From the NCBI GenBank assembly GCA_001606155.1, contig LODT01000042.1, positions 79,758 to 143,757 of the forward strand: DNA of 64,000 nucleotides. Direction: 5' to 3'. The translations under genes and the position numbers were made by a program. This document shows positions 18,528 through 30,563 of the stretch, piece by piece (position 1 is the first letter of the stretch; each line of letters starts with the position of its first letter). This stretch comes from Tieghemostelium lacteum (lineage: Eukaryota). Under the pieces are notes generated by a model. That model ran no database searches. It was given only the letters and a program-made list of their open reading frames with translations, and was not told where the DNA came from.

Positions 18528-21500
18528 ATGAATCAAATATTTCATTGTTTTTCTATAAATATAGCAAAGGATAATAAAGATGTAGAAGAGGATGTCGTAA
18601 AAGAACAGCAACAACCTCAACAGACACCTGATACATCAGTAACTGAACTCAAAGAGGATTTAACAGATAGAGACAGTACAGATACAAAACTCTCCAAAAG
18701 AGATCTAAAGAAAATAGAGAAGGAGAAGATCAAAGAAGACAAAGAAAAAGAGAAAAAACAAAAAGAGGAACAAAAACAAAAGGAAAAGGAAGATAAAGAG
18801 AAAAGAGAGAGAGAGGAAAAGGAAAGAAAACTAAAAGAAAAAGAGGAAAAAGAGAAAGCAAAAGAGGAGAAAAAATCAAAAGTTCTTTCTCCAAAATTAT
18901 CAAAACAAATCATACAAAAGACATTTTCACAAGAGAATTTGTCTTTGGATAGTCCTTCTTCTAAACCATCATCTCCTTTGACTATTGTCAGTAACCTAGG
19001 TGATGATAACCAACTAAAGCCAGTTACAAAATCAGATTCCTCATCTTCTTTGGATATCATCAAAGAGGAACCAATAGAAGATACAAAATCCTCTTCTTCA
19101 TTATCACCTTCACCATCACCAATCACAACTAAATTGTCTGATGATCAACTAATTAGTTCACCTCCAACTTCCCCTTCCCCAACCAACAAATCAAGTACAC
19201 CTGGTAGCAGTAGCAAAGATGTTGTAATTAAAGTAACTAGAGCATTCGCAGCTGTTGTACACCAGAATGTTTTACCTGAAGAAGGTGAAAACAAAATGAG
19301 AAACAAAGTAATTAATGAAATTATAAATACTGAAAAAGACTATATATCAGATTTAAATATTATTATAAATGTATGTATACTTTCCTAATCTTACCTTCCC
19401 CACTCTACAGATTTCTAATATTTTATCAAATCAGGTTATTTATCAACCATTAAAAGAATTGAAAATCATTACTGATAAAGATTTGTCAACTATATTTTCA
19501 AATATTCAACTATTGTTGAATGTCAATAAGGAATTTCTGATAGATGTTGAAAAGGCAGCTAATGAGAACCAAGGTGCTTCCATTGGACCTTGTTTTAAGT
19601 TTTTTGCAGAATACCTAAAAATCTATTCCTCCTATTGTGCCAATCAAAAGACATCATCAGATCACATTACACATTGTTCAAAGAAATTCCCAGCATTTAA
19701 ACAGTTTCTAGACGAAAAACATGCTTCACCTGAATGCAGACAATGTCCACTAGATAGTTTTTTAATTAAACCTATTCAAAGACTTTGTAAATATCCATTA
19801 TTATTAAGAGTATGTATAAATTAATATTCATTTCAAGGTTTAATGCAGAGATTCTAATTCTTCGAATCTCAATTTAGGAATTAATTAAAAACTCCAATGA
19901 AAAACATTCTGATATTGTGCCATTGGAAGAGGCATATACTAAGATTCAAACTGTAGTTTTATCAGTAAATGAAAGTAAGAGAAAAGCAGAGGTTTTACAG
20001 AAAATGTACAAGATTCATGAGAAATTAGAGACACAGGAGAAATTTGATTTTTTGACACCAACTAGATATCTGATAAGAGAAGATACTCTCAAAGAACTTA
20101 CTGAGGAAAAAGATAAGGTCTCTGGAAAAATGCACTATTATCTTTTTAATGATATCATTATGCGTACAAAGAAAGACAAGAAATCTATTAAATTAGAAAC
20201 TCTGTTTTTAATTGCTTCCACCAAGGTAAACAGTGAGGAAAATCGTCAAAGTACATTTTGTAATACGTTTGAATTGCAGCAATTGGGTAGTGCTGGTAGA
20301 AAGTTTACTCTGGTTTGCGATTCCTATGAACAAAAGATGGAATGGATTAATGATATAGAAGAACTAATTAGACCCTATGAAGAAGAGTCCATGAGAGAAT
20401 ATGAAAAACTATTGGATGAAACTTTTCTTTATAAGAGATCAACAATTGCCACTACAAGTCCAACTACTACGCCTGAATCACCAAAATCTCTGGCAAGATC
20501 AGCAACCGCAAGTACATTGCAATCAAAAACCTCTTCATCACAGTTATCTAAACCTTTACCACCACCTCCACCAGTACCAAATAAACCTTTACCACCTCAA
20601 CCATCATCAACTCAAACTGAAACTACTGTACAACAAAATATACCAACTTCTCCAAATCCTGTAAGCACATTTAAAAAGAAACCTCCACCACCTCCTACTA
20701 CAAGCACTTCAACAACTTCTACTACAAGTACAGTAGATTTATCAACAGTTGCAAATATTACACCACCTGTAATTCCAGTTATTGCCAAACCTAAACCAGT
20801 TGGCACCAGAAGAATTATAAGTGCACAAATACCACACTCTAATCAAGATGATAATCCATCATCTATATCATCACCTGTCCCCAGTTCAACAAGTGTCAAT
20901 CAAAATAATAACAGTAATTTTAAAAATAGAATTTCTTTACAAGTACCAAATTCTCCTTCATCATCAACAACAACAACAACAACATCATCTACACCAACAT
21001 CTGGTGATTCTTTAAATAAATATCAATTCCAACCAATAACAAAATCAGATTCCAACCCATCACTTGTAAATCCTACCACAACTACACCACACCCTACAAA
21101 ATCCGGAAGACCTTTACCAATTCCAAAACCTTCACCAACAACTGACGAATCTCCTACATCAACTAACCTCGTATCATCACCACCAACAACTAATGTAATT
21201 AATAGTAAAAATAATAGTAATCAAGTGCCATCAACAATGCCAAAATTCCCTTCTATGGCAAATATGAAATCATATGCACTGAATAATAATGATAATAGAA
21301 AATCAGTGTCAACATTTACACCTTCTAAAGCTAGAGATCTAGTTGAAGAGAACAATAGTAAACCAATCAGTAAAGATGACTTATCAATTAAACCATCATC
21401 TACCAACTCACCACCAATTCCACCAAAAATCAATAGAATTATGCCATTACCTCCTACTAGTAGTGGTACTGTATCACCTAGCACTCAAACAGATTCAAAC

Positions 21501-21608
21501 ACCAACAATAGAGATTCAAGACAAATGCCAAAGCCTTTGCCTACAATTCCTCCAGTTGTACCACCAAGCGTCCCAAAAAGAAATTCTGTAATACCTAATC
21601 AAAGATAA
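18528..21608 (+). CDS. Rho guanine-nucleotide exchange factor with DH-PH domains. At least three exons: join(18528..19370, 19411..19809, 19878..21608). It has a KEKE-rich and Ser/Pro-rich N-terminus and a Pro/Ser/Thr-rich C-terminal tail.
   Basis: DH domain motifs (VINEIINTEKDYISDLNII...FKFFAEYLKIYSSYC...FLIKPIQRLCKYPLLLR) are followed by a PH domain (YLIREDTLKEL...MHYYLFNDIIMRTKKDK). Exon junctions at GTATGT..acAG and GTATGT..tttAG are in frame with the three ORFs. The first intron is only 40 nt, which is uncertain. The true start may lie 5' of 18528. Confidence 0.75.
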
Positions 21609-21845
21609 TAATAATAGCATTAAATAACATATCTCCAACCCCATTATACATTTATTAAATAGAAACCAATAGCTTATAAATACCATAAACAAGAGCAAGA
21701 ACAATATTTATTTATTACCAACTATATTGACACTTAAACTTCTAAGTCTATTTTTTCCTAGAAAATTAATTTCCTATTTAGCTTATAGATCTATAAGCTT
21801 CGAATATAAAAAAAAAAAATAGAAATATGAGTAAAATTAATTAAA

Positions 21846-22061
21846 ATGGGAAAACATTCACATCATTCACATCATTCACATCATTCACATCCAAGTTCAG
21901 AAATATCTTCTTTTACTCATGGATCTAATTCTGCTGCAGATGCAATGCATACAGGTTTAGATGTAATAGGTAATACTGGTCTAGCTGATTCAAAGTATAC
22001 AAACACTGGACAATATCAACTGTATCCAATTGGCAATCAGAAAGTTTATCTCATCAAATGA
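21846..22061 (+). CDS. Small His/Ser-rich ORF (MGKHSHHSHHSHHSH...). It may be part of a slightly longer gene.
   Basis: 71-aa ORF with an (HSH)n repeat. A second short ORF (MNEFHHNTGMSPTEQ...) follows in another frame, so an intron, a frameshift or sequence variation is possible. Confidence 0.2.
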   Translation: MGKHSHHSHHSHHSHPSSEISSFTHGSNSAADAMHTGLDVIGNTGLADSKYTNTGQYQLYPIGNQKVYLIK

Positions 22062-22198
22062 ATGAATTTCATCATAATACTGGTATGTCACCTACTGAGC
22101 AGATGCAAAGTGGTATTGGACCTGGTGGATCCCTATTTGCTAGTGATTACCCATAACCAATTTGTTTTTGTTAAATAAATCAATTGTTTTTTATTTTA

Positions 22199-23980
22199 TT
22201 ATTTCTTTAAATATTTAAAAAGTAGATAACCTAAACCAACCACCAAAGTCGAAGATACAATAATATATTTACTGGATTGTAGTACTATTGATTTGTTTGA
22301 AATCTCCATGCAATAATTATTATATTCTTCTATTAATTTCGAATGTGATTTAAGATTACTCTTTTGGGATTTGATTGAGAATTCTTCTATTGTTTTCTCA
22401 GCTTCTTTAGTACGTTTAAGAGTAAAATAGACTTTTGCTAATGTAATATAACTCTTGGGTATTTCCATTCCGGAACATTTGTTGAAATATTTTAAGGAAT
22501 TATGCATATCACCAAGAAGGAAATAGGTTAATGCTAATTCTTCACAAAATGTGTTATAAAAAGTCTTGAATAGTTGGAAATAGGTTTTACAAGCTACTTC
22601 TTGATATTGTATAGCTTTTTTTAGATTTCCCATCGATCTATAGTTAAGTCCAACGTTATGATTAACAAACATATATTCAAAAGCTTGCTTGGACTTGTCT
22701 TTAAAATCTTTCAAACTTTCAGTATATTCCAAAAAAATTTCATTGGATTCTTGAAATCTTTCACCAACCCTTAAATAATTTCCCAAAACTAAATCATACC
22801 ATTGTTTAAGGTGGGGATATTCATCCCTATAATTCTTTATGGATTCCAAGTCTGTACATACTTTCATGAAATTCGATGTACTATCTAATATCATGGTTTT
22901 AAAGAAAATATCAGCAACCATTGTTTTGGTAATAAAATATAAATGTGAATCCTTTTCCAGTGTTATATCTTTAGCCTCTAGATACATAGAGAATATGTAA
23001 AAAACAACGGGAGAATACACTGGGTCAATTGGAAGGAGATCTAGTACGGAGACTATTACCTTTGGTAAATAATCATGATTTCTGTAGTATGTCAAAAATG
23101 CATGTTTAAATACATAATTTTGGCTGTTTTCCACAGATATTGAAAGTAAACCAAAGTTTTCCATTAGTTGTAGAGTTTTGGTTAGTTCACGAGAAGGAAT
23201 CTTCCAAATTTTAGCTATTGATTTTATAAATGAAAAATTCACAATTGTGTTATAAAACCATGCTACGTGGTGGAACATATGCTTACTGAAAGCTTCAGTG
23301 TTCTCTAGTTCCTTATAGATCAAATCCAGCATTGTATCCTGTGCTGGTTTTTCACTTTTTTTAAATTGTTCAATTAGATCATTGGCGTTAGTAATGGAGG
23401 TGCTATGTTTCAAAAAAAATGAAACTAGTTTAATTAGATTAGGTACTCCTTTGGCGATATTTTCATTCAATAACAAACAATCACTTTGTAAAATGTCCTT
23501 ATTGAAGTCTTTGAAAATATCTAAGAGCCAGTTATCTTGAGTGACTGGTTTCATTTCTAAATGTGAAAATTCTTTGTATTCTTCGACATTTGGTTTGTTT
23601 CTCACGACTATCAAGTGTTGAGTCTTTTTCAAAGTGTCTAATGGAATGTTTTCTCTTATGCATCTCCATATATCTTGATCAGTGAGTTCTGCAGATGCAA
23701 AATCTAATGCAACTATCCAATTATCAATGTTTCTGAGTATATCAATCATATATAGTGAAGTGTTATCTCTGTTATTTAAAATTGATTGTCTGAGATCAAA
23801 TTGGTAATGTAACTCTGACAATCTTATTGATTCTTGGTATTCATTATTATATTTATTTTTGTATTCAATAATCAGATCTGTTTTACCAATGCCACTAATA
23901 CCACTAATTAATATTTTATTATTCTCTTGTAAAAGATTTCGTAATTGATTTATATTTTTGCCTCTATTTGTTTCCTCCAT
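22199..23980 (-). CDS. STAND-type P-loop NTPase (NB-ARC-like) with C-terminal TPR-like repeats and a C-terminal transmembrane anchor, 593 aa.
   Basis: Walker A motif ILISGISGIGKTDLII. Walker B-like motif LIVVRNK. The C-terminal half has TPR-like degenerate repeats (YFLLGDMHNSLKYFNKC, LAKVYFTLKRTKEAEKT). The last about 25 aa are hydrophobic (YIIVSSTLVVGLGYLLFKYL). Confidence 0.55.
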   Translation of the reverse strand: MEETNRGKNINQLRNLLQENNKILISGISGIGKTDLIIEYKNKYNNEYQESIRLSELHYQFDLRQSILNNRDNTSLYMIDILRNIDNWIVALDFASAELTDQDIWRCIRENIPLDTLKKTQHLIVVRNKPNVEEYKEFSHLEMKPVTQDNWLLDIFKDFNKDILQSDCLLLNENIAKGVPNLIKLVSFFLKHSTSITNANDLIEQFKKSEKPAQDTMLDLIYKELENTEAFSKHMFHHVAWFYNTIVNFSFIKSIAKIWKIPSRELTKTLQLMENFGLLSISVENSQNYVFKHAFLTYYRNHDYLPKVIVSVLDLLPIDPVYSPVVFYIFSMYLEAKDITLEKDSHLYFITKTMVADIFFKTMILDSTSNFMKVCTDLESIKNYRDEYPHLKQWYDLVLGNYLRVGERFQESNEIFLEYTESLKDFKDKSKQAFEYMFVNHNVGLNYRSMGNLKKAIQYQEVACKTYFQLFKTFYNTFCEELALTYFLLGDMHNSLKYFNKCSGMEIPKSYITLAKVYFTLKRTKEAEKTIEEFSIKSQKSNLKSHSKLIEEYNNYCMEISNKSIVLQSSKYIIVSSTLVVGLGYLLFKYLKK

Positions 23981-24168
23981 TTTGTGATCAAAAAAAAAAT
24001 AGATTTAGATTTTTGTTTGAAATCATTACGTATTTGAAATCATGACGTTATTGATTTCTGTTGATACATGTCTATAAAATTTTTATATACATATTTGTAA
24101 CGTTAAATGAATAGATTTAACAAATGATCAACCTCTAATAAAAATATCTTTTTTCATTTTTTCAAATA

Positions 24169-25803
24169 ATGAACATGTTACCAAGAATTTTAATATTAGA
24201 GATATTAATATTATTAAGTCATGATTATAGATGTAAAAAATTAAAAAACTATTTACAATTTATTGGTAATCTTTCAGTTGTATCTAGAGAGTTCAAAGAC
24301 TATTACATTAAGAGAATACAAGACAACTATATTGATATTAAAAGTTATGATAGTTTTAGTAATTTCTTTAAGATTAGAAATAAAGTTGGAATAAAAATCA
24401 ACTTATTCCTCCATAATATCAGTTTAGTGAAACTGTATCAGTGGGCAATGGAAGACAATCCTCAATTGTACAGAGAATTAGAGATTACAACTCTCTATAT
24501 TAACAGTAAACTTCAAGTACCTACCATCAAACCATCACCACTATTAAAAGGATTTACAGTACTTGATCTGATACTCTCACAAGCATCAGTTGAAAAAGTG
24601 TTCAATGACAACCAAATGGAAGCTTTGAAATCCATATCCTCACTCAAACTAAATTTTATAGAAGAGTATATATATGGTAAACAAAAAGAAAATCCACTTC
24701 CAATTCAGAGGTATATCATAGGGAGGTTATGCCGCATCTCTAGTTTAGAAACACTCCATCTTACAGGATTGGTTGATATACCAGTTGAGTATTTTAAATT
24801 ACTTATAAAGTCACTTCCAATTTTGGAAGTACTGGAAATTAGTATCTCACAAAAGGCAAACGCAGATAGAGATAAACAAATTCTAGATGTACTGGTACCT
24901 TCTAAAACCATAAAAGAGTTGACAATAGCCACATCAATTAACACTCAAACTGTTATTGAGTTTATCAATGCCAATCAGTCTGTTCAAATTCTGGTTTTAT
25001 CAAAATTAATCTTTATAGGAAACAAAGAGTCTCTACCTAGGATCTATAACTCTACGTTAAAGTATCTTAATATAGAGTCAACGGATAAGGCTAATATCTC
25101 TTTTGACAGTTCTATTTATTCTTTATGGGAAGTGCCATCTTCACTACAGTTTATACTACTCCAACAAACCAATGTAATTTTAGCAAAGAAACTGGGATTC
25201 TATCACCCAAACATCACAAATTTTGTTTACAACTGTGACAATGATTTTGAAATTGTTGAAATACTAAAATTACAGTTACCATCTTTGAAAACTATACAAT
25301 TGAACCAAACCCACACCACATTTAATAATTTGGCATATTTTACAAGTAGAGTTTTTCAGAGTTTGCAAAGCAGTCTCTATCTAGTGGAATTTCATTATTT
25401 TCAACAATGTGATTGTAAAGATCTCTGTACACTAATTGTCAATAGTCCACCAACACTTAAAGTCATTTGGTTTTCATATATTAATCATTGGGATATGTCT
25501 AGTATCTCAAAGTCATTGATTTCAAATACCCATTTGATATCTGTCATCTTTTCCTATGTAGTAAGTGCAAAGAGAGAAACCGATAGTGAGTTCATTGAAT
25601 TACTATGCCAAATCATTGAGAATAATCCTAGACTATCTACTATAAAGGTATCTGCACCTTTTAATCAAGAACTACCATTATCAGTTATCACAAGATTCAG
25701 AGAATGTATTGCACAAAACTATCAAAATCTACACTACATTAATCTATTTACTAGATCATCTGAGATTAATAAAATACTACACAGTTACCAAATAGGTACC
25801 TAG
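24169..25803 (+). CDS. F-box-like / leucine-rich-repeat protein, 544 aa.
   Basis: N-terminal LPRILILEILILLSHDYRCKKLKN resembles an F-box. The rest has irregular L-rich repeats of about 25 aa. Confidence 0.4.
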   Translation: MNMLPRILILEILILLSHDYRCKKLKNYLQFIGNLSVVSREFKDYYIKRIQDNYIDIKSYDSFSNFFKIRNKVGIKINLFLHNISLVKLYQWAMEDNPQLYRELEITTLYINSKLQVPTIKPSPLLKGFTVLDLILSQASVEKVFNDNQMEALKSISSLKLNFIEEYIYGKQKENPLPIQRYIIGRLCRISSLETLHLTGLVDIPVEYFKLLIKSLPILEVLEISISQKANADRDKQILDVLVPSKTIKELTIATSINTQTVIEFINANQSVQILVLSKLIFIGNKESLPRIYNSTLKYLNIESTDKANISFDSSIYSLWEVPSSLQFILLQQTNVILAKKLGFYHPNITNFVYNCDNDFEIVEILKLQLPSLKTIQLNQTHTTFNNLAYFTSRVFQSLQSSLYLVEFHYFQQCDCKDLCTLIVNSPPTLKVIWFSYINHWDMSSISKSLISNTHLISVIFSYVVSAKRETDSEFIELLCQIIENNPRLSTIKVSAPFNQELPLSVITRFRECIAQNYQNLHYINLFTRSSEINKILHSYQIGT

Positions 25804-25855
25804 TATTCGTTAATCATTGTATTTTAAATATCTAAATAATGGTATAGTATTTAGT

Positions 25856-27115
25856 TTAGTTTATTGGAACAGGGTTCAAAAGATTAATATTTTCAATGGC
25901 ACCTTCTGGAGAGTGAATATATTTAAGGAGAAAACCTTGAATTTGAGACATGGACAATTGATAATCTTGAATATTTTGTGCAAACTTTTCGCACATGGCA
26001 TTACTGTTGTTGTCTAGGTTATAGAAATGTTTAAATAATTGTCTAGCTTGTTGTTTGGTTGCATTTTGAATGTGTAGTTTTAAGTCAACTCTACCATCAC
26101 GAATAAGAGCTTCATCTAGGAAATCTAGTTTGTTGGTGGTCATAAAGAGTAATCTACCCTCTTGTGATGCAACACCATCAAGTGCATTCAAAAGACCTGA
26201 GAATGTTAATCCATCTGAATGTAAATTATTATTGGATTGAGACTCTTCTATAATCTTTCTCTGCTTATTGAAAGCTGCATCTATATCCTCAATCAATAGT
26301 ATACTCTTTGGTGGTGCATTATTCAATAATTGATTGATTTTCTTGTCGTTCATGTCTTTTTGTGATAGTGATACTATGCAGATATCCAAATTGAGTTCAC
26401 CTGCAATGGCAGTGATAAATGAACTCTTTCCATTACCAGGTGGACCATATAATAGGTAACCTCTACGGTAAGGAATACCTCTGTTTCTGTACCATACTTC
26501 ATTATTTAAGAACTCTTTAATGTCATAGATTACAGTTTTCTTTAAATCGTCAGCTAAAATGACAGAATCGAGAGATCTTATAGTTCTAGGGTTACCAAAT
26601 CTCTGCCAACTTCCACCATCATTCATATAGATGACAGTCTTTCCAAAATCTCTGTTTAATGACAATCTCATTGCATCTTTTATGAGATCTTCCAATATAT
26701 TCTTATTTGATTTGTAACATGTTAATTGTATAGATTCAAATGGTGCACCACTTCCCAAATCAAATTGTGGATCTCTGACTCTATTAACCCACAATGATCT
26801 ACCTTTATACAGAATTCGGTGATTACCAACAGATGGTACAAATATAATTCTAGGATTCTTTCCAACTGAATTATAAGTAGTCTCAGCAGACAAATGATTT
26901 GATCCTTTTATAGAATCATTGCTAGATAACCAATACATCACCCATTCATAGGACTTATCTTTACTATCAATATCAATCTTATAGTAAAAACTGTCATTTA
27001 GTTTCTTTATTAACCAATTTGACACATTTCCAATCAATCCTACGCAACTACCAATTAACAGTATTCCAATACCACTCTTTATACCTTTAACAAGAGCTGT
27101 ATTGTTTAGTTCCAT
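25856..27115 (-). CDS. Mitochondrial chaperone BCS1-like AAA+ ATPase, 419 aa.
   Basis: N-terminal TM anchor. Walker A GYLLYGPPGNGKSSFITAIAGEL. Walker B ILLIEDIDAAF. BCS1 hallmarks LLFMTTNKLDFLDEALIRDGRVDLKLHI and the N-terminal BCS1_N region (NHRILYKGRSLWVNRVRD). Confidence 0.85.
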   Translation of the reverse strand: MELNNTALVKGIKSGIGILLIGSCVGLIGNVSNWLIKKLNDSFYYKIDIDSKDKSYEWVMYWLSSNDSIKGSNHLSAETTYNSVGKNPRIIFVPSVGNHRILYKGRSLWVNRVRDPQFDLGSGAPFESIQLTCYKSNKNILEDLIKDAMRLSLNRDFGKTVIYMNDGGSWQRFGNPRTIRSLDSVILADDLKKTVIYDIKEFLNNEVWYRNRGIPYRRGYLLYGPPGNGKSSFITAIAGELNLDICIVSLSQKDMNDKKINQLLNNAPPKSILLIEDIDAAFNKQRKIIEESQSNNNLHSDGLTFSGLLNALDGVASQEGRLLFMTTNKLDFLDEALIRDGRVDLKLHIQNATKQQARQLFKHFYNLDNNSNAMCEKFAQNIQDYQLSMSQIQGFLLKYIHSPEGAIENINLLNPVPIN

Positions 27116-27329
27116 TCCTGTAATTTCTTCAAATATGAAGTAAAAAAAAATAAAAAATTTTTTTTACATCACAACCTCACCAAACCCACTCTAGTTTTAC
27201 ATTATTTATTATTTCAATATGTTTATTTATTTTTATATTTATAGACTATGGCCATAGATAGAATATCTAAACTGAATAACAGAGATTTGACAATACGAGA
27301 ATGGTAGATTTGAAGTTTTTTATTATTAT

Positions 27330-29600
27330 TTAATTTGAACAAGTTGGTTGATATTTACATTTTTGGGAGGTGGTTAGAATTAGAATACAACGATGAGGTG
27401 ATTTACATGTTATATCAGCACAGGAAATACAAGAATATTGTTTAACACATTTATAGATTTGATTTGATTTTTCTTTACAATCATAACCTAAAGCACATGA
27501 ATTTTGCAAACATGATTCACCTTGATACACATCAAATTCATTTACACAGATATGAGAATCTGGTAAACATATTTGTCCTCTAATACAAATACAATCATTG
27601 TTAACTGTGGTGTTATGTAGAACTTGGGTAGGTGTAATAGAAGATGGCATTGTTGTAGCAGTAGTACCTGTTGTAGCAATACTTGTTGTAGCAGTAGTAC
27701 CTGTTGTAGCAGTACTTGTTGTAGCAGTACCCGTTGTAGCAGTACCTGTTGTAGAAGTACCTGTTGTAGAAGTACCTGTTGTAGCAGTACCTGTTGTAGC
27801 AGTACCTGTTGTAGCTGGTTTAGTGGATGTTGTTGTTAAAATTGGATTAGATGTAAATATTTTAATTGTATCATTAATTATATTTAAATATGAAATTGAA
27901 ATTGTAGCAAAGGATGAATTTCTATTTGTTTTATACAAGACATTGGAGAGACTTTGTAAAAAATTTGGATCTCTATTTGTATTAAATACTTGTAGTTCAC
28001 CATTTGAAATACTAACAACTTCAGATGAAGTAGTATTAGATGAGAATGATAATTGATCAGATGGATCAACACTATCTAAAACTTTAAAAGTAATGAAATG
28101 AACATTACAAGATGAATTTGGATTAAAATTATATTCTAAGAAACGATATTCACCATTGGAGTTATAGGCAATAGAGGTATTAATGATATTCAACGATGCT
28201 GAGATTTTAGTTTTTTCACCAAATAAAATAAAATTCTTACGATTTTTATGAAATTGTACAATTAAATCTTGAATACCATCATTATTAAAATCAGTCCAAG
28301 CTGAAATAGTATCATCTGTGTCTGATATTATAAAACCTGTACAATCACCAAATAATGGAGATGTTTTGATATTTAAATCATAAACAGATGGTAATTTCAT
28401 GGTGGTTCCATAAACTCCCCAAGTAAATTGAGGAGAATTGTTATTTTGAAGATTAGAATAAACACTACATGATATATCAGATAAACCATCTCCATTAATA
28501 TCAACAACATACAAAGAAGAGCATAATACTTGAGGTGAAGAAACATCTTTAACCCATTTAACAACTTCAGTTGAGTTACCACTGTTGATATTAAAATGAG
28601 ATTCCCAAATTCCACCTTGTTTACCATAAATCAAATAAATTGATTTTAAATCCTGATAAACTACAGCCATATCTTGTAATCCATCACCATTGAAGTCACC
28701 AAAACCACTGTGATTTATATATTCCATTTCATTAGCCTGTATATCCATTGTAAAACCAGCTGTACCATGTAATACTGGATTATATGGATTTGGATAAATT
28801 TTTAAACCAAAAACAACAGTAGCAGGACCATAGTAAAGTGTTACCAAATCATCAATACCATCATTATTCAAATCTCCACAACCAAAATTTTTAGTATGTC
28901 CTCTATTCATAATATGTCCAAATGTTCCATTTGATACAAAGTTAATATCAAATTTACCAGAATTGGTTGGAAACTTTTTACCATTATCAAGTCCATAGAG
29001 AACATAAACAGCATCTATGGTATTAAATATCAAATCTTTTATACCATCTCCATTATGATCGCATATAACTTGATAGGAAGCGTAGTCTAGCGGAGTATAA
29101 ACATAATCAATTATAAATCCATCAATTCCATCAAAATTTGAAAAATCATTCTTATATGGTCCTGCATTGCCATAAATTATTTTTAATTGTCGGTTTCGCA
29201 TACGAATTATAATTTCATCATATCCATCATTATTTAAATCTCCACTTATAAAGATATTCCAAATATCCTTTTTAATAATGTCAATACTGAAACCATTGAT
29301 ACTATCAATCATTGAAACTTTTAAAGGTCTCTGTCCACCATATCTTGAAATATCACCAAAAAATACATAAACTTTGTCCGTTAAAATATGAGAAATTACA
29401 AAATCCTATAAAATTTTATTATGGTTAGATTATATATTTATACATGAAAAAATTTTCAACTTAAAATCTTACTTGTTTACCATCACCATTAAAATCAAAA
29501 CCTCCTTCTTTAGTTTCAAAATAAAATTCATCTAAACCATAACTATTAGAATTATTAAAATTTTCTGGTGTTGGGAAACCAATATTTATAGATATCTTTA
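27330..29600 (-). CDS. Integrin-alpha-like cell-surface protein. It has multiple FG-GAP repeats, a Thr-Gly repeat stalk and a C-terminal Cys-rich EGF-like module. At least two exons: a 5' exon ending at 29473, a 67-nt intron at 29406..29472, and exon 29405..27330. The start codon is unresolved.
   Basis: FG-GAP calcium-binding loops DLNNDGYDE, DHNGDGIKD, DLNNDGIDD, DFNGDGLQD, DINGDGLSD, DFNNDGIQD. (TTGTAT)n repeat. C-terminal Cys-rich module CICIRGQICLPDSHICVNEF...CALGYDCKEK...CISCADITC. The upstream exon reads ...FETKEGGFDFNGDGKQ|GTAAGA. Confidence 0.65.
27655..27830. repeat. In-frame 18-bp minisatellite (ACTGCTACAACAGGTACT-like units), about 9 copies, encoding the (TTGTAT)n stalk of the FG-GAP protein.
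   Basis: Directly visible tandem units gtagcagtacctgttgta on the + strand. Confidence 0.8.
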
Positions 29601-30014
29601 GAATAAAAATTAGGAAGATATATATATACATGAAAGAATGAAATATAATAAAGATAATTTTTGAAGAGAATAGTGTTAAATATGTCTTTTACATAAAATG
29701 TGTTTAAAAAGTGTGTGATAAAAATTTACATATTCACTATAGGAAGTGTACTAGATTATCATTTATTTATAAATCACATATGAAATATTCCACTATAGCT
29801 TCTGTAGATTTTACAACTTTTTAATTTTATTATTTAATAATTTGAAAAATGTAATGTGACCAAAATATTTTAGTTTAGAAAATCAAAGGTTAATTAATTA
29901 CTGAATGAGTATTATTAGGTATACTTTGGAGAACTATCATCTTCTAGATTGTTGTCTAATAATAAAGAGAAATCAGGATCCATTTTTACAATTCTACTTT
30001 ACATTTACATATCC

Positions 30015-30420
30015 AAATTTCGAAGTTTTTTATTATTATTTAATTTGAACAAGTTGGTTGATATTTACATTTTTGGAGGTGGTTAGAACTAGAATACAAC
30101 GAAAGGAGATTTACATGTTATATCAGCACAGGAAATACAAGAATATTGTTTAACACATTTATATATTTGATTTGATTTTTCTTTACAATCATAACCTAAA
30201 GCACATGAATTTTGTAAACATGATCCACCTTGATACACTTCAAATTCATTTACACAGATATGAGAATCTGGTAAACATATTTGTCCTCTAATACAAATAC
30301 ATTCATTGTTAGTTGTGTTGTTTTGTAGAACATGAGTAGAGGTGATTGGTGGAGTACCTGTTCTAGCAGTTGAAGTGACTGGTGGGGCTGGTGATGTTGT
30401 ATCTGTAGTACCTGTTATTT
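30015..30420 (-). pseudogene. Duplicated 3'-terminal exon fragment of the FG-GAP gene. It covers the Cys-rich EGF-like module plus the 3' flank, and no upstream exons are present.
   Basis: About 340 bp at 30015..30360 is about 95% identical to 27305..27650. Translation on the - strand gives ...NECICIRGQICLPDSHICVNEFEVYQGGSCLQNSCALGYDCKEKSNQIYKCVKQYSCISCADITCKSPFVVF*. It is preceded by an acceptor-like aataacAG. A + strand gene begins only about 150 bp further on. Confidence 0.55.
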
Positions 30421-30563
30421 TTATATTTATGGAACCAAATTCTCATTGATTTAATTGTGCACAGGATATTTCGTAAATTTGAGAACTGAAAAAATCAAAG
30501 GAAATTTTTTTTTTTAGGATTTTTGAAATTATCCACTAACCACAATTTCTGATAGACTGTAAA

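Noticed and set aside
18617-19126. 169-aa antisense ORF (FSFSFS-rich) within the RhoGEF gene
   Set aside because: It is the reverse-complement reading of the AAG/GAA-rich KEKE repeat. A low-complexity artefact.
27598-28056. ORFs 27598..28056 and 27624..27839 (+), (VAVPVV)n / (CCSST)n-rich
   Set aside because: Alternate-frame readings of the (TTGTAT)n minisatellite of the FG-GAP gene.
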